Shown: positions 35,801 to 45,042 of the stretch, piece by piece | Position numbering within the stretch: position 1 is the stretch's first letter | How the letters are laid out: each line of letters begins with the position of its first letter | IMG/VR virus record: IMGVR_UViG_3300032323_001119 | Span: 46,438-110,437 of that record | DNA from: a virus | Direction: 5' to 3' (one strand) | Length of the DNA stretch: 64,000 nt | Program-made: the position numbers and the translations under genes | The notes under the pieces: model-generated | Told to the model about the DNA's origin: nothing | The model's database searches: none | The model's input: the letters and a program-made list of their open reading frames with translations, nothing else

Positions 35801-38800
35801 AGCTGCAATTCTAGCACTTGTTATTAATCTTGTAGATGCTGCCTTAAGTCCATTAGAGATAGAAGAAAATGCTGAATCTATTGCTACGTTAGCTCTTTGT
35901 AATGGAAGCTTTAACCCTGGCATGTAAGGCAAAGATCCTTGCAGTGTAGGAACATTTGTCACTACACCCTTTCCACCAACAAATGAAGTTGTCCCTACAG
36001 ATAGTGGCCCAGGCTTAGGTGGAGTAGTAGCAACTGGCATCGGTGCTCTTGATGCATTAAGGTTGTTTAAATAAAGCTGTCCTATTGCCCTCTGACTTGG
36101 ATCTCCTGATTTTAAAAGACGGTTAGCATGCTCTTTAGATGTAACTTGGCTAACATCAGAAACCTTTTCGCCATAACCTATTTTACTAGATTTGACTATA
36201 CCGCCTAGCATAAATCCTGGAATTATCTTGCCGCTCTGTTGTGGGCTAAATATTTCTGGACCCTTTTCTCCAACTAAATAGCTTTGTCCTGGAGATACTG
36301 GTCCTCCCATTTCTCTTTTACCATCAATGCCAAATATCTTTTTCTTAAGATCGTCTGTAATTGGTGTATTCTTTTTTGAATCCCAATTTAAGTATTTTTT
36401 CTTTAAAATATCTTTATCTATTGGAGAAAGTTGTTTTAAAACATTTCTGTCTGAAATCATATCGCTGGCAGCAGATCTAATTACTGCATCTAAAGCGTCT
36501 GGCTCAAGTCCATTCTTCAGTGTGCCGTCTGGCATCTTTACATAGCCATAAGGCTTTTCTTTTGCTAAAGCTGCTGCAAACTTATCGTATAAAAGCTTTT
36601 GAGTATTTTTTCTTAATCCAGTTCCAGCAAACAGCGTTTCTGCCATTTTAATTGATAAGGAGTTTACTCCCCATGGAGCAGATTCATACATGCTAGGTTT
36701 AGGGGCACCAGTTGGTCCAAAACCTGCACCTATTCTTCTCATGGCTATACCCTTTAAGACATTGCCAATTATTCCTCCACCATTAAATCCGTTTAGAGGA
36801 GTCTTAAAAGAATTGTCGCTTAGAGATATTGCATGACCTCTTTGACGTATTCTTAATTCAGCTTCGTCTTTTAACTTCTTTAATGCTGCTGGTGTAAGTG
36901 CCTTAGCTTTTGCAATTTCAACAGAAGAATGAATTCCATGGAACTCTTGCCAATTAACTGCTCTTCCATCTTCTAGCCTTTTAATCATTGCAGCATAAGC
37001 TTTAGCTTCATCTGGAGTTAAATCAAATCTTGATATGGTAGTCTTTAGTCTTGGTAGAACTGCATCAATTTCATCAATCATTGCTTTATGATATTGATCT
37101 GGAGTCATACCCTTTGGAATTGACAATGTGGACTCTGCAAAGAATCTCTTTGCTCCGCCCTTTACTCCGAGCAAGTTAATACGTGCCTGCTCTTTCATCG
37201 AAATCATTTCTTCTTCATAGGCTCTTTTACCAGAAGCCATCTTAAATACTCCAGCCGTTCCAACATCAGCCAATGTGCTTCCAGAAAGATTATCTCTACT
37301 TAAATCTCTATCTCCTCTTAAATTAGCTGCAACTAATTGCTTAAAGTAATCTTCTCGTGTAAATGATCCTGACTTATTTACAAATGCTTCGTCATAAGGA
37401 GACTCTAGTACAAGCAGCTTTCTCTTTCCAGTTGGATCTGTAGGGTCAAGCATGGTTCTAATTTCTTGTCTTGGAGCATTTAATCCATGTGCATCTCTTG
37501 CAATAATAGTTGCACGTTGCTCTGCTAGGGCTGCAGTTTCATCCATTACTGGTTTAACAAATACTTTAGTTCCATCTGGTTTTTCATAAACTCCACCAAT
37601 TCCAGAAACTGGGAAGCTTCTTCCAGATGAAGGAGAAATTAGTTTTCCAAAGTCTGTTGGAGGCATTGAAGCAAATCTGCTTGTACTCAAAGATTGGCTT
37701 ATTTCATCCATCTGCATTCTTGCGTTTCTTTGTTGCTCTACAGCTTTAAATGATCTAGGCATTCCAAGGAAAAGCTTGCCGTATCCGTACTTGCCTTTCT
37801 TTACCATACCGCCGATCATACCGCCAGCATTAGCAGCTCTAAGTCTTCTTCCTCCAACCATTGCAAACATCTGTCTCTCAGCTTTTCTAGGTTTTGCTGG
37901 AGTTCCAGACTCTCTAAATATTTTCATGTCAGCACCCAATGCTCTGACTAAGCTTTCTGGTATAGGACCTTTACCAGTCCATCTGCCAGTAGAAATCCAT
38001 TTTTCAATAACTGGTATATGTCTTTTAAAATCATCTACATCTTTAAATCCAAATGAAGTTGCAAGCCTGTGTGCTCTAGCTATAGCCTCATCTTTGGTAA
38101 GCGGAACTACGTCATCAATAATTTTTCTTTGCTCTAACCTGTTTCCAAATTTGTTAAAGTCATCATGGGCAGCTTCTCCGTAATAGCCTCGTGCAGCTAT
38201 AGGCCCAGACATTCTTTCTATATGTGCACGATCCCAGCCTGGATTTATGACAGCACCAGGGAACTTTGCTTTTAAAAGATTAAGTATTTGAAGCTTTGCT
38301 CTATTATTATTTTTTGCTGCACCTGCTTTTGCCAGCTTCCAATCTTTGTCTGTTTGTCCTGGCTTTCTTTCAAGCACAAGATCTGGGAAATTCTTTTGCA
38401 TGTAGGCTCTTTGTGCCTCAACATAGCTCATTCCTTTACCAGTTCTTAGATACTCTTCATGACTTGCCAAGGCAAGTCTTACGGCTTTTTCTGCTTCTGC
38501 AATTGCTCTTGAAGGAGTCATATTCATGTCTTTTGAATACTGCAGTATTGCAGTTGCATCATTTTGAATTAAGTTAGGAACAATATGATCTACATAAGGA
38601 GTTCTAACTCCAGTTAGATGATCTATGTACTGAGATGCTTTTTGAAGCTCAGACATCCCTCTTGCTGGACCGTCAAACATGTCTTGCATCTTGCCATAAT
38701 TTCTAATTCCTCTTGTTACCATGCCACCCAAAATTCCGCCATTATTTCTTAGTTGGACTCTTGATCCACTATTAGCTTTATCTAGCAAAGGCTTGTTGGC

Positions 38801-41755
38801 TGCTGTAAACTCTGGGTCGAAATAAGTTTCTCTAGGTGTGAGAATCGCATCTATAACTTTGCCCCCACGATTGTATCCATTTGATGCCATTCTAACTAAA
38901 TCAGGATTATTACGTGAAGCTTCTTGATTCAATATGTAGCTTCCTTCTGGAAGTCTTGCTGGAACCATATCATAATCAATATTTGATGGGCCTGGGACTA
39001 TTGAACCATGCTTTGATGGATCATAAACTAATCCTCCAGTATTTAGCTGTCTAGGTTTTGTAGTCTGAATACTATACCCTGCGCCTGATGTTCTAACGCC
39101 AAGCCCACGAGCAATTGAATCTACAAGCTTAGAAGTTTCTGTTTTGTGAAAAAGCTCTTTCATGTTTGACTTGCCTGCTGCGCTTACAACTGGCTGTGTC
39201 GTTAATGGAACTGTAGTTAAACTCAAGGTTCTTGCCTGTGCTGTTGCAACACCTTGAGCCGTTTGAACCATCATTGCTTCTACTTGTGCATTTAATGCAA
39301 ATATTTTTGCTCTTGCTGCTTCTACTGTAATCTTACCAGCTTGCAACTGTTTAACAATTAATGCTGTTTCGTCTGCCGCTAAAGATGTTATCTTTGTCAT
39401 TTGTGGCAAAAGTGCCTGATATGAATCTGATAATGATGCGGTTACTGTACCAGTTGCTGCTATTTCAGTCTTAAGTGTTGCTAATTCTGCTTTTGACTGC
39501 ATAGCAATTGCTGCTGTCATTGAGTGCCACTTAGCAGCTTCTGCTGCAACTACACCAGTAGATACACCGTTTACAGAACTCAGCCCTTGAACTCTTGGCA
39601 GATCATCTGACATGTAAAGTTGTGGGGCATTCGAAATTCTTTGATTTACTGGCTTTGGACCTGGTACTGTAGAGAATATTGTTTCTTCTGCTCTTTGCTG
39701 TGGCGTCTTTGATCCAGTTGGAATCATGTGAGACATGTCTCTAGAATATGCTCTACCTACAAGAGGATTATTCTTATCTACTATTCTTCCTCCGCCTGCC
39801 ATTACTGGGTTTCCAGCAACAGTAGACATACTATTGGATGTAGCAATAGTCGAACTCATTGCGCTTTGCTTTAGTCTATCAAATGATGCCGCAAGGGTCA
39901 TTACTGCATCTGAGAATGTAGCAGCAGCTTTTGTATCGCTATAGAATGATTGCTCTACTGTTTTGGCAGCAGCAGATGCTGCCATTAATTCTGGTGTTAA
40001 TAATTTAAAGCCAGTCCCACCCTTACCGATGTTCTTAAGGGCTAATATTCCTTTTATTATATATCCGAAGAAGTTTGCAAGCACACCAGTAAGCATGATT
40101 ATAGGACCAGCAATTGCTGTAAGTCCACCAATAAATCCTAGAACAGCTTTAATTGGACCTGGCAGATTTCCAATAAACTTTAAAATTCCATCTATAGCAT
40201 TTAATACAAATGCACCAATTTTTAAGAATTGTTCTCCAACTACCGCAAGTTCTGCTTTTACAGATTCAAGTGCTCTTCTGTATTTACCAGATGCAGATTC
40301 TGTAAGCGCTGTTAATTCTCGTGCTGAAATTGCTGCTAAGTCTTGTGTGCTTGCTTTCATCAGGTCTAAAACTTGAAGAGTCTGGCTTCCTTCTTTACCA
40401 AGGTTTTCAAACAATGCGTTGATTCTAGCAAATTGAAATTTACCGAATAGCTGTTCAATTGCTCTTGCTCTTTGTAGAGGCTCAAGTGAATCTAGGGAAT
40501 CCTTGAGTGCCATAATTGTTCCAGTTAGATTTCCAGCATTTTTATTTACAATGCCAGACAAGTCTATTCCGAATCCCATAAACATTTCTTTGGCAACCTT
40601 TGTAGGGTTAATTACAGATGCTAAAGCTGACTTTAATGCGTTGGCACTTTCTGATGCGTTAATTCCACCTTCACGCATAGCAGTTAGATAAAGAGCAAGG
40701 TCTTGTACTTCTCCACCAAGTGCTTTTACTACTGGGCCTGCTTTTGGAATAGCAGTTACTAAATCATCTAGAGTAGTAGATGTCTGGTTTTCAACTGCGT
40801 TCAAGAAGTCGATTGACTCGGCAAGTTCCATTGTATTTTGTCCGAAGGCTGTTTGAATAGCAAGCGTAGCCTTCATAGCTTCTTGTCTATCTACTTCACC
40901 AAGAATTGCAAGTCTAGTTGTTTGTCTTGTAGAGTCTATAAGATCTGCGCCCTGTTTTCCAGTAGCAGCAATATCTGCGGCAAGTGCAATAGTTTCTGTA
41001 AAGTTTGCTCCTAATCCAGAAGCTAATTCTCTAGATACTGCCATAACATCTTTACGAACCTGAAGAAGATCGGCACTTGATGTTGCAACTAATCCGCCAT
41101 AAACCTTTGTAAGTCTTACAAGCTCTTCATCTGCTTGTCTAAATGCTTTTGCTGCAGCCATACCAAACGCTGCAAGTGGCACAGTTAATCCTACTGTTAA
41201 CTGGCGACCAGCCCACTGTGTATTCTTACCCCAATTGATAAGCTGATTCGATCCATCCATCATTACCTTGTTCATGATGGCAAGTTCTTGTCTTAGAAGA
41301 GCTGACTTATTTTTTGTAACGTCTAGTCCAGATTGAACCATTACGTTATATTGCATTAAGCCTTGTGCATTTTTACCAAGCGGCTGGATAATTGAATTCT
41401 CAAGCATTACCTGCTGCTTAGCAAGGTCTCGAACTAAATTGCTAGTCTTCTGTGTATGTCCTTGCCATGTTCTGAAGTACTGGCCAAGCTTCATTCTGCC
41501 GCTGTCTAAATTTTGTCCAAACTTAGATACGTCTGATGTAAGAGTTACGAAGTGTCTAGAAAACTGGCCAGTGGAGCGCATGGTTTCGTCAAACTGACGA
41601 TTCATGACTCCAACCTGGCTAGTTAGGTTTTTATTTAAACCAATTGTTGTAGCTTGGAGTTTTAAGAGTTGCGAAGTAACCGCTTGTAACTGCGCTGTTA
41701 GGCTAGAAAAATTAGCCGTCGCAGTTATGTTGGTTACTATATTTTGATCTGCCAA
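32894..41755 (-). CDS. Tape measure protein (2953 aa) with inserted non-helical modules
   Basis: Follows the tail chaperones; TP901-type core (LTVGLTVPLAAFG, ESANALK); LVGExGPE motifs; hydrophobic Gly/Ala segments. Confidence 0.92.
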   Translation of the reverse strand: MADQNIVTNITATANFSSLTAQLQAVTSQLLKLQATTIGLNKNLTSQVGVMNRQFDETMRSTGQFSRHFVTLTSDVSKFGQNLDSGRMKLGQYFRTWQGHTQKTSNLVRDLAKQQVMLENSIIQPLGKNAQGLMQYNVMVQSGLDVTKNKSALLRQELAIMNKVMMDGSNQLINWGKNTQWAGRQLTVGLTVPLAAFGMAAAKAFRQADEELVRLTKVYGGLVATSSADLLQVRKDVMAVSRELASGLGANFTETIALAADIAATGKQGADLIDSTRQTTRLAILGEVDRQEAMKATLAIQTAFGQNTMELAESIDFLNAVENQTSTTLDDLVTAIPKAGPVVKALGGEVQDLALYLTAMREGGINASESANALKSALASVINPTKVAKEMFMGFGIDLSGIVNKNAGNLTGTIMALKDSLDSLEPLQRARAIEQLFGKFQFARINALFENLGKEGSQTLQVLDLMKASTQDLAAISARELTALTESASGKYRRALESVKAELAVVGEQFLKIGAFVLNAIDGILKFIGNLPGPIKAVLGFIGGLTAIAGPIIMLTGVLANFFGYIIKGILALKNIGKGGTGFKLLTPELMAASAAAKTVEQSFYSDTKAAATFSDAVMTLAASFDRLKQSAMSSTIATSNSMSTVAGNPVMAGGGRIVDKNNPLVGRAYSRDMSHMIPTGSKTPQQRAEETIFSTVPGPKPVNQRISNAPQLYMSDDLPRVQGLSSVNGVSTGVVAAEAAKWHSMTAAIAMQSKAELATLKTEIAATGTVTASLSDSYQALLPQMTKITSLAADETALIVKQLQAGKITVEAARAKIFALNAQVEAMMVQTAQGVATAQARTLSLTTVPLTTQPVVSAAGKSNMKELFHKTETSKLVDSIARGLGVRTSGAGYSIQTTKPRQLNTGGLVYDPSKHGSIVPGPSNIDYDMVPARLPEGSYILNQEASRNNPDLVRMASNGYNRGGKVIDAILTPRETYFDPEFTAANKPLLDKANSGSRVQLRNNGGILGGMVTRGIRNYGKMQDMFDGPARGMSELQKASQYIDHLTGVRTPYVDHIVPNLIQNDATAILQYSKDMNMTPSRAIAEAEKAVRLALASHEEYLRTGKGMSYVEAQRAYMQKNFPDLVLERKPGQTDKDWKLAKAGAAKNNNRAKLQILNLLKAKFPGAVINPGWDRAHIERMSGPIAARGYYGEAAHDDFNKFGNRLEQRKIIDDVVPLTKDEAIARAHRLATSFGFKDVDDFKRHIPVIEKWISTGRWTGKGPIPESLVRALGADMKIFRESGTPAKPRKAERQMFAMVGGRRLRAANAGGMIGGMVKKGKYGYGKLFLGMPRSFKAVEQQRNARMQMDEISQSLSTSRFASMPPTDFGKLISPSSGRSFPVSGIGGVYEKPDGTKVFVKPVMDETAALAEQRATIIARDAHGLNAPRQEIRTMLDPTDPTGKRKLLVLESPYDEAFVNKSGSFTREDYFKQLVAANLRGDRDLSRDNLSGSTLADVGTAGVFKMASGKRAYEEEMISMKEQARINLLGVKGGAKRFFAESTLSIPKGMTPDQYHKAMIDEIDAVLPRLKTTISRFDLTPDEAKAYAAMIKRLEDGRAVNWQEFHGIHSSVEIAKAKALTPAALKKLKDEAELRIRQRGHAISLSDNSFKTPLNGFNGGGIIGNVLKGIAMRRIGAGFGPTGAPKPSMYESAPWGVNSLSIKMAETLFAGTGLRKNTQKLLYDKFAAALAKEKPYGYVKMPDGTLKNGLEPDALDAVIRSAASDMISDRNVLKQLSPIDKDILKKKYLNWDSKKNTPITDDLKKKIFGIDGKREMGGPVSPGQSYLVGEKGPEIFSPQQSGKIIPGFMLGGIVKSSKIGYGEKVSDVSQVTSKEHANRLLKSGDPSQRAIGQLYLNNLNASRAPMPVATTPPKPGPLSVGTTSFVGGKGVVTNVPTLQGSLPYMPGLKLPLQRANVAIDSAFSSISNGLKAASTRLITSARIAASDISSSISSLGTRIKDSGYRTAGMIQNRKNKIGEERSIAANAPGAIFNPAYIDRRGNEVPASRADNAIRRSFMANARYSTSAMLHPVQYMRAKGVVNPELGQGAGGMMLGTMGGMAAGGAIGNALGGQNGMMMGSMVGSMAGPSLIKGIGGMVAKRAAASAATAGMASAGFGATAAAAAGLVAPLAAVTLAGIAGYKMWQNYKKGQELNISTFGMTAEAAKKANLRFTDFGSKIKDTIQDAKDMAAANKLVYESMKDGGTPFQMTIAEYKELKKEVKETFGEQIKALDRQPSNKVPDAVRRIKEQLIAAGMSADEATKKVYTMLQLSNKKDQSITATMGNAQFKAITDPQSAAVSAVTSFGADTRDQGNKEKAASLNTALMATETGINDLIAKRERLVAKDLSGKTKSLTYAEAEKIMIDKINKSREAGTAITQGTINEMAKTNPEVKKMINGSDTIVSVWQKIRLQAQGFNGDLSALNAAQTKVIADSFAAISDSVQSTNRTGILKEQYASLDKLKGQIANYTKALKGQTVAQQISDRDRLKALNKQIDANNKLAEARKKALSAAQQDADLGRQIEKTRIEMQNAAATGDTEKAQSLRIDLESLTSQQQTEAQMRAIDKATEAANKPLKAAAEALGDKQQKLSDSAAIAGESLDKLKSRYDKQEAAIKKVNDSMTALYGNAAAAGQSIQEYVKKNKEAAAGFVAAMEAVTGEKMPRYTTKTTTELTSTGPVTTTTKVPVSPQQNALDLLLKSGTGAGVNEALANSIKGGATLKDVVNAIKGANGDPTLRRNIKVTGNYSNQLEEKEFDGKKIKVLNAQARDAIKDRLDLQLGETFIWNGQKYSRSKKDGNIVFAGKAATGVENASGMFLVGERGPEFVHLKNKANIMPNDVMNTLAAASPRYNFNQAQYNVRDGAVSGNSYVVNQNIYASEGMDVEALSNMIVKKAEVVIGQKAKINVKMVGQGKNI

Positions 41756-41758
41756 CTC

Positions 41759-42127
41759 TTACTCCTTTTTGTATCCGAGTCCCGCTCCGATACCAAACCC
41801 TGCTTCTGATGCAAACTGACCTTGTAATGAAACAATGTCAGATGGATCTGCAGTTATTCCAAGAGCCTTTCGTCTTACGTCTTCAAAGCTCTTGCTTTGT
41901 TGTTCTTCTTCAGCGCTATCAAGTTCTACGCCTTGTATTGCGGCCAAAAATTTTCTTTTCTCTGATTCAGTCTTTTGCATAGATTTAAAAGTTTGAATCA
42001 ATTCTGGCATTGAAAGACTGTCTTCCAATTCCTCGTAATTCTTATAGTTTCCTATTAGAAATACTTCTCCTTCTAATGCAGCTAGATCTAGTTCTGACCA
42101 GCTAGAACCGCTGCTGCTAGCAAATTT
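41759..42127 (-). CDS. Tail assembly chaperone, -1 frameshift extension (gpGT-like)
   Basis: The -1 frame is open from the A AAT TTG site (KFASSSGSSWSELDLAALEGEVFLIG...) to the stop at 41759. Confidence 0.75.
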   Translation of the reverse strand, partial: KFASSSGSSWSELDLAALEGEVFLIGNYKNYEELEDSLSMPELIQTFKSMQKTESEKRKFLAAIQGVELDSAEEEQQSKSFEDVRRKALGITADPSDIVSLQGQFASEAGFGIGAGLGYKKE

Positions 42128-42420
42128 GGATCATCCATCTTAATGCCACCGCAAACTTCAAGGATACGATTAATTGTTGGTACATCTAATACGTCCTCAA
42201 ATGCATCTCTATCTGCTACCAATTCTGGAAGCTGCTTTTCTAGTGCTACTGCACAAGCATCGATTAGGATGGTTAATGTTTCGTCTTCTGTAGTTACTTC
42301 TGCTGTCTTACTGATAGCGGCCATAAACTTTCTAAGCTCTTTAATGGTTAAAGGCTTCAGCTTTACTGTTGCGCCATTTTGTAGTTGAATCTCTTCTACA
42401 TCATATACTGTTGTTGCCAA
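42088..42420 (-). CDS. Tail assembly chaperone (gpG-like)
   Basis: Between tail tube and TMP; LKPLTIKELRKF; slippery heptamer near its end. Confidence 0.85.
   Translation of the reverse strand: MATTVYDVEEIQLQNGATVKLKPLTIKELRKFMAAISKTAEVTTEDETLTILIDACAVALEKQLPELVADRDAFEDVLDVPTINRILEVCGGIKMDDPNLLAAAVLAGQN
42121..42127 (-). promoter_or_regulatory. -1 ribosomal slippery site A-AAT-TTG
   Basis: X XXY YYZ heptamer in the correct frame; the -1 frame has a TGA two codons upstream. Confidence 0.75.
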
Positions 42421-42483
42421 TTTAAATCCTCCTAGGATCTCGTCTTAATTATTGTATCATATCAGTAATACCAACACAATGCT

Positions 42484-42513
42484 AAAACCCCCCTAATTTC
42501 TTAGGGGGGTTTT
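42484..42513. terminator. Intrinsic terminator after the major tail gene
   Basis: AAAACCCCCCTAA-TTTC-TTAGGGGGGTTTT. Confidence 0.8.
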
Positions 42514-42530
42514 ATTAATTAATAAATTAA

Positions 42531-43211
42531 TTATGCTGTGACGACACGGTCAATAATTAGTCCGTATTCAGAGCCACCCTTGTTACCGTCTGGAAGCAAA
42601 CGGAATGTTACTGGGAATGTTGTTGCTGCGTTACGAGCAAGTGAGAACTGAGATTGCTGTACTGAAAGAACTCTACGTCCGTAGTATACTCTCTCTGTTC
42701 TTGTGATGTTTGTTCCTGACTCAGAAACAGTTGGTGCTGCACCAACTGCAATCAGCTGACGCTCTGTTGGCTGTACGCCAAGAGCACCTGCTTCAAGACC
42801 TAGAGTGTCGATGTCATCTCCTCTGTCTAGAGTTGATTGACCCTGTCCGAATACAGCAAGAATGTTCTCAAGTGTACCTTCAGACATTTCTGTTGCAATC
42901 ATAACTTCCATTGACTCCTTGAAAAGCTTTGCTGTATCAAGAAGCTGATCTACTGTAACTGAACCGTATGATGGGTTGTAAGTAATCTGAAGACCGTTAT
43001 TTGTAAAACCTACGTTGCGGAACTTAGGATTAAGTCCTGCTGCTGCTGTGTTGAGGGTATCTGTGTAAGATGTTCCATCAACAAATGCTACTCCTGCTGT
43101 CTCATTTGGTTCCATGTTTTCAGTGTAACCTGAAACAGTTGAATCCTTTACTGACAAGAACAATGGAGAAGCTCCAACAAGAATATTTCTTGCGTTGTTA
43201 AATGTTGCCAT
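42531..43211 (-). CDS. Major tail (tube) protein
   Basis: NILVGA, VGFTNNGLQITY, VTVDQL, FPVTFRLLPD; strong SD and downstream terminator. Confidence 0.85.
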   Translation of the reverse strand: MATFNNARNILVGASPLFLSVKDSTVSGYTENMEPNETAGVAFVDGTSYTDTLNTAAAGLNPKFRNVGFTNNGLQITYNPSYGSVTVDQLLDTAKLFKESMEVMIATEMSEGTLENILAVFGQGQSTLDRGDDIDTLGLEAGALGVQPTERQLIAVGAAPTVSESGTNITRTERVYYGRRVLSVQQSQFSLARNAATTFPVTFRLLPDGNKGGSEYGLIIDRVVTA

Positions 43212-43323
43212 TGGTAAAACCTCCTGTTAAATAAATATATATATATTGACTTACTTTAAATTAAGCTGGCTAGGCTCTTTTCCTCTTGGTATAAGTTTAT
43301 CTTACAATCAACTAAAAGGCAAA

Positions 43324-43830
43324 CTAGTCAAATCTGCCGTTTTGTCCCACTGTCCTTGAATACTTTACCTCTAGGATGACATCTGCTGCCAGGAATCCTG
43401 CTAGCTCTGTAGATGGTTCAGTTGGGGACATTTCGAGTATAAGGGTATTGTGAAATATTATCTTGTCTGTAGACTTTGACATGTTTAGGTCTCTAGCTGA
43501 ATCATCCATTCTTCTAAATACGTCAATCATCATGTTTCGGATTATATTGATTTCAGCAAAGTCTACTGAGTATATAGTAAATGATATCTTCTCGCAGCAT
43601 ATCATCCAGTTCTCCTCATAAGTGCTGCCTATCTTGTCATAGACTATATGAGTCTTTCCGCTCAAGAATTGATTCATTTCTGGCGCTTGTTGAACTGGAA
43701 TAATTGGGATAATTGATTCACCGAGATTATCGCTATAGTAAGCATTTTGATCAATTATGTTGTTTGACAAAAGCTCTTGCCAAAGATGCTTTCTTATGTC
43801 GTACATAGCGTCTATTCCATAATTAGTCAT
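43324..43830 (-). CDS. Tail terminator-like protein
   Basis: Size and position immediately upstream of the tail tube gene. Confidence 0.6.
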   Translation of the reverse strand: MTNYGIDAMYDIRKHLWQELLSNNIIDQNAYYSDNLGESIIPIIPVQQAPEMNQFLSGKTHIVYDKIGSTYEENWMICCEKISFTIYSVDFAEINIIRNMMIDVFRRMDDSARDLNMSKSTDKIIFHNTLILEMSPTEPSTELAGFLAADVILEVKYSRTVGQNGRFD

Positions 43831-44615
43831 TAAAATACTCCTCCGAATTTTTCTGTTAGTGCCGCCTCGGCCTGTAGTCTAATTGTACCTGGACTAAAGG
43901 AATAACGCACCTTGGCAATAGATGAAGGAACTTTCATTGCTCTTTCAAACTTAGCCCCAAATAGGTTCTGGAATCCAGACATCTTTATTGAGTTGCTAAC
44001 CATTGGTCCACTAAAGTATCTACTATATGTTAAATCAAATTGATTTGTAGACGCCCTTCCTCCAGGGCTTTTTACTGTAACGGACTTGCCCTTTGGCATA
44101 AAAACTGTTTCTCCGTCAATTTCAAAAACTAATCTCTCAGCCGACTTTGGTCTAATTACAACTGGCATTCCCTTTTCCATGACATATGCTTTTCTTTCAA
44201 AAACATATCTGCTGGTCTGCTCTCTATTCTTAGATGGAACTGATGATTTAGAAAGCTTAAACTCATAATTAATTCTAAATGATAATCCAGCCCCGTCCAT
44301 TTGGTTTAACTTAAAAAGACGACTAGAAGTTTGCCCTGTCTTATTCCACTCATAAACATGGTGCAATGACTTTGGCTTTGTCCTAGCTTGAGAATCAATG
44401 AATAGGCCAAAATCTTTTTCTATCTGATTAAATATTGTTGTTTTAAATAGTCTTTGAAATGCTTTGTTAGACTCTAGTCTGGCTGCTACGTTTGCCTGAT
44501 AGTATAAGAATGCAGATATTTGAGCAACATTGCTATCTTTTAAAACGCCAGCCTGAGATGATCCTACCATCAATCTCTCTAGACCAGAAGAAGCTTGAAG
44601 TAGTGCTACTCCACT
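43830..44615 (-). CDS. Neck/tail-completion protein
   Basis: Position in the head-tail block; start uncertain (ORF track extends to 44624). Confidence 0.55.
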   Translation of the reverse strand, partial: SGVALLQASSGLERLMVGSSQAGVLKDSNVAQISAFLYYQANVAARLESNKAFQRLFKTTIFNQIEKDFGLFIDSQARTKPKSLHHVYEWNKTGQTSSRLFKLNQMDGAGLSFRINYEFKLSKSSVPSKNREQTSRYVFERKAYVMEKGMPVVIRPKSAERLVFEIDGETVFMPKGKSVTVKSPGGRASTNQFDLTYSRYFSGPMVSNSIKMSGFQNLFGAKFERAMKVPSSIAKVRYSFSPGTIRLQAEAALTEKFGGVF

Positions 44616-45042
44616 AGTCTCCAATTAATTGACTCTCTGATCTTTTAGCAATTGAGTTGTAAGCCATTAAATTACCGAATGGGTCTGTTATCGGTGTTGA
44701 GCTTGTTATTTCAAATACGGTTGGGGTATCATTTGGATAATTTAACTCTACCCATATTGGGTTATTAGAGCTGTCTCTAATGTTTGTTACTTTCTCTCTG
44801 TATGTTAATTTTGTTTCTGTTCTAATTTCAATAGTCTGATTATCTACATACTTAACAGAAATTGCTCTATTATCTCCACCCCTGCTTGTTGCAGAGTTGG
44901 TTATTATTCCTTTTGCAAAGCACGGTATGGTTCTTTGGTAAATCCAAGACTTTTTTATTGCGCCAGTATTTTGGTCTTGATAATCCTCTTGAGCATAAAC
45001 ATCTATTTTCATGCTAAGAATAGAGTCTACGATTCTGTTCAT
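44614..45042 (-). CDS. Head-tail stopper/closure protein
   Basis: DVY....QDQNTGAIKKSW...FEI...DPFG pattern; position. Confidence 0.65.
   Translation of the reverse strand: MNRIVDSILSMKIDVYAQEDYQDQNTGAIKKSWIYQRTIPCFAKGIITNSATSRGGDNRAISVKYVDNQTIEIRTETKLTYREKVTNIRDSSNNPIWVELNYPNDTPTVFEITSSTPITDPFGNLMAYNSIAKRSESQLIGD

Noticed and set aside
43212-43323. Long leader of the major tail gene as a possible ncRNA
   Set aside because: It contains a plausible promoter (TTGCCT-17-TAAACT) and an AT-rich enhancer before the SD, but I could not support a convincing structure.
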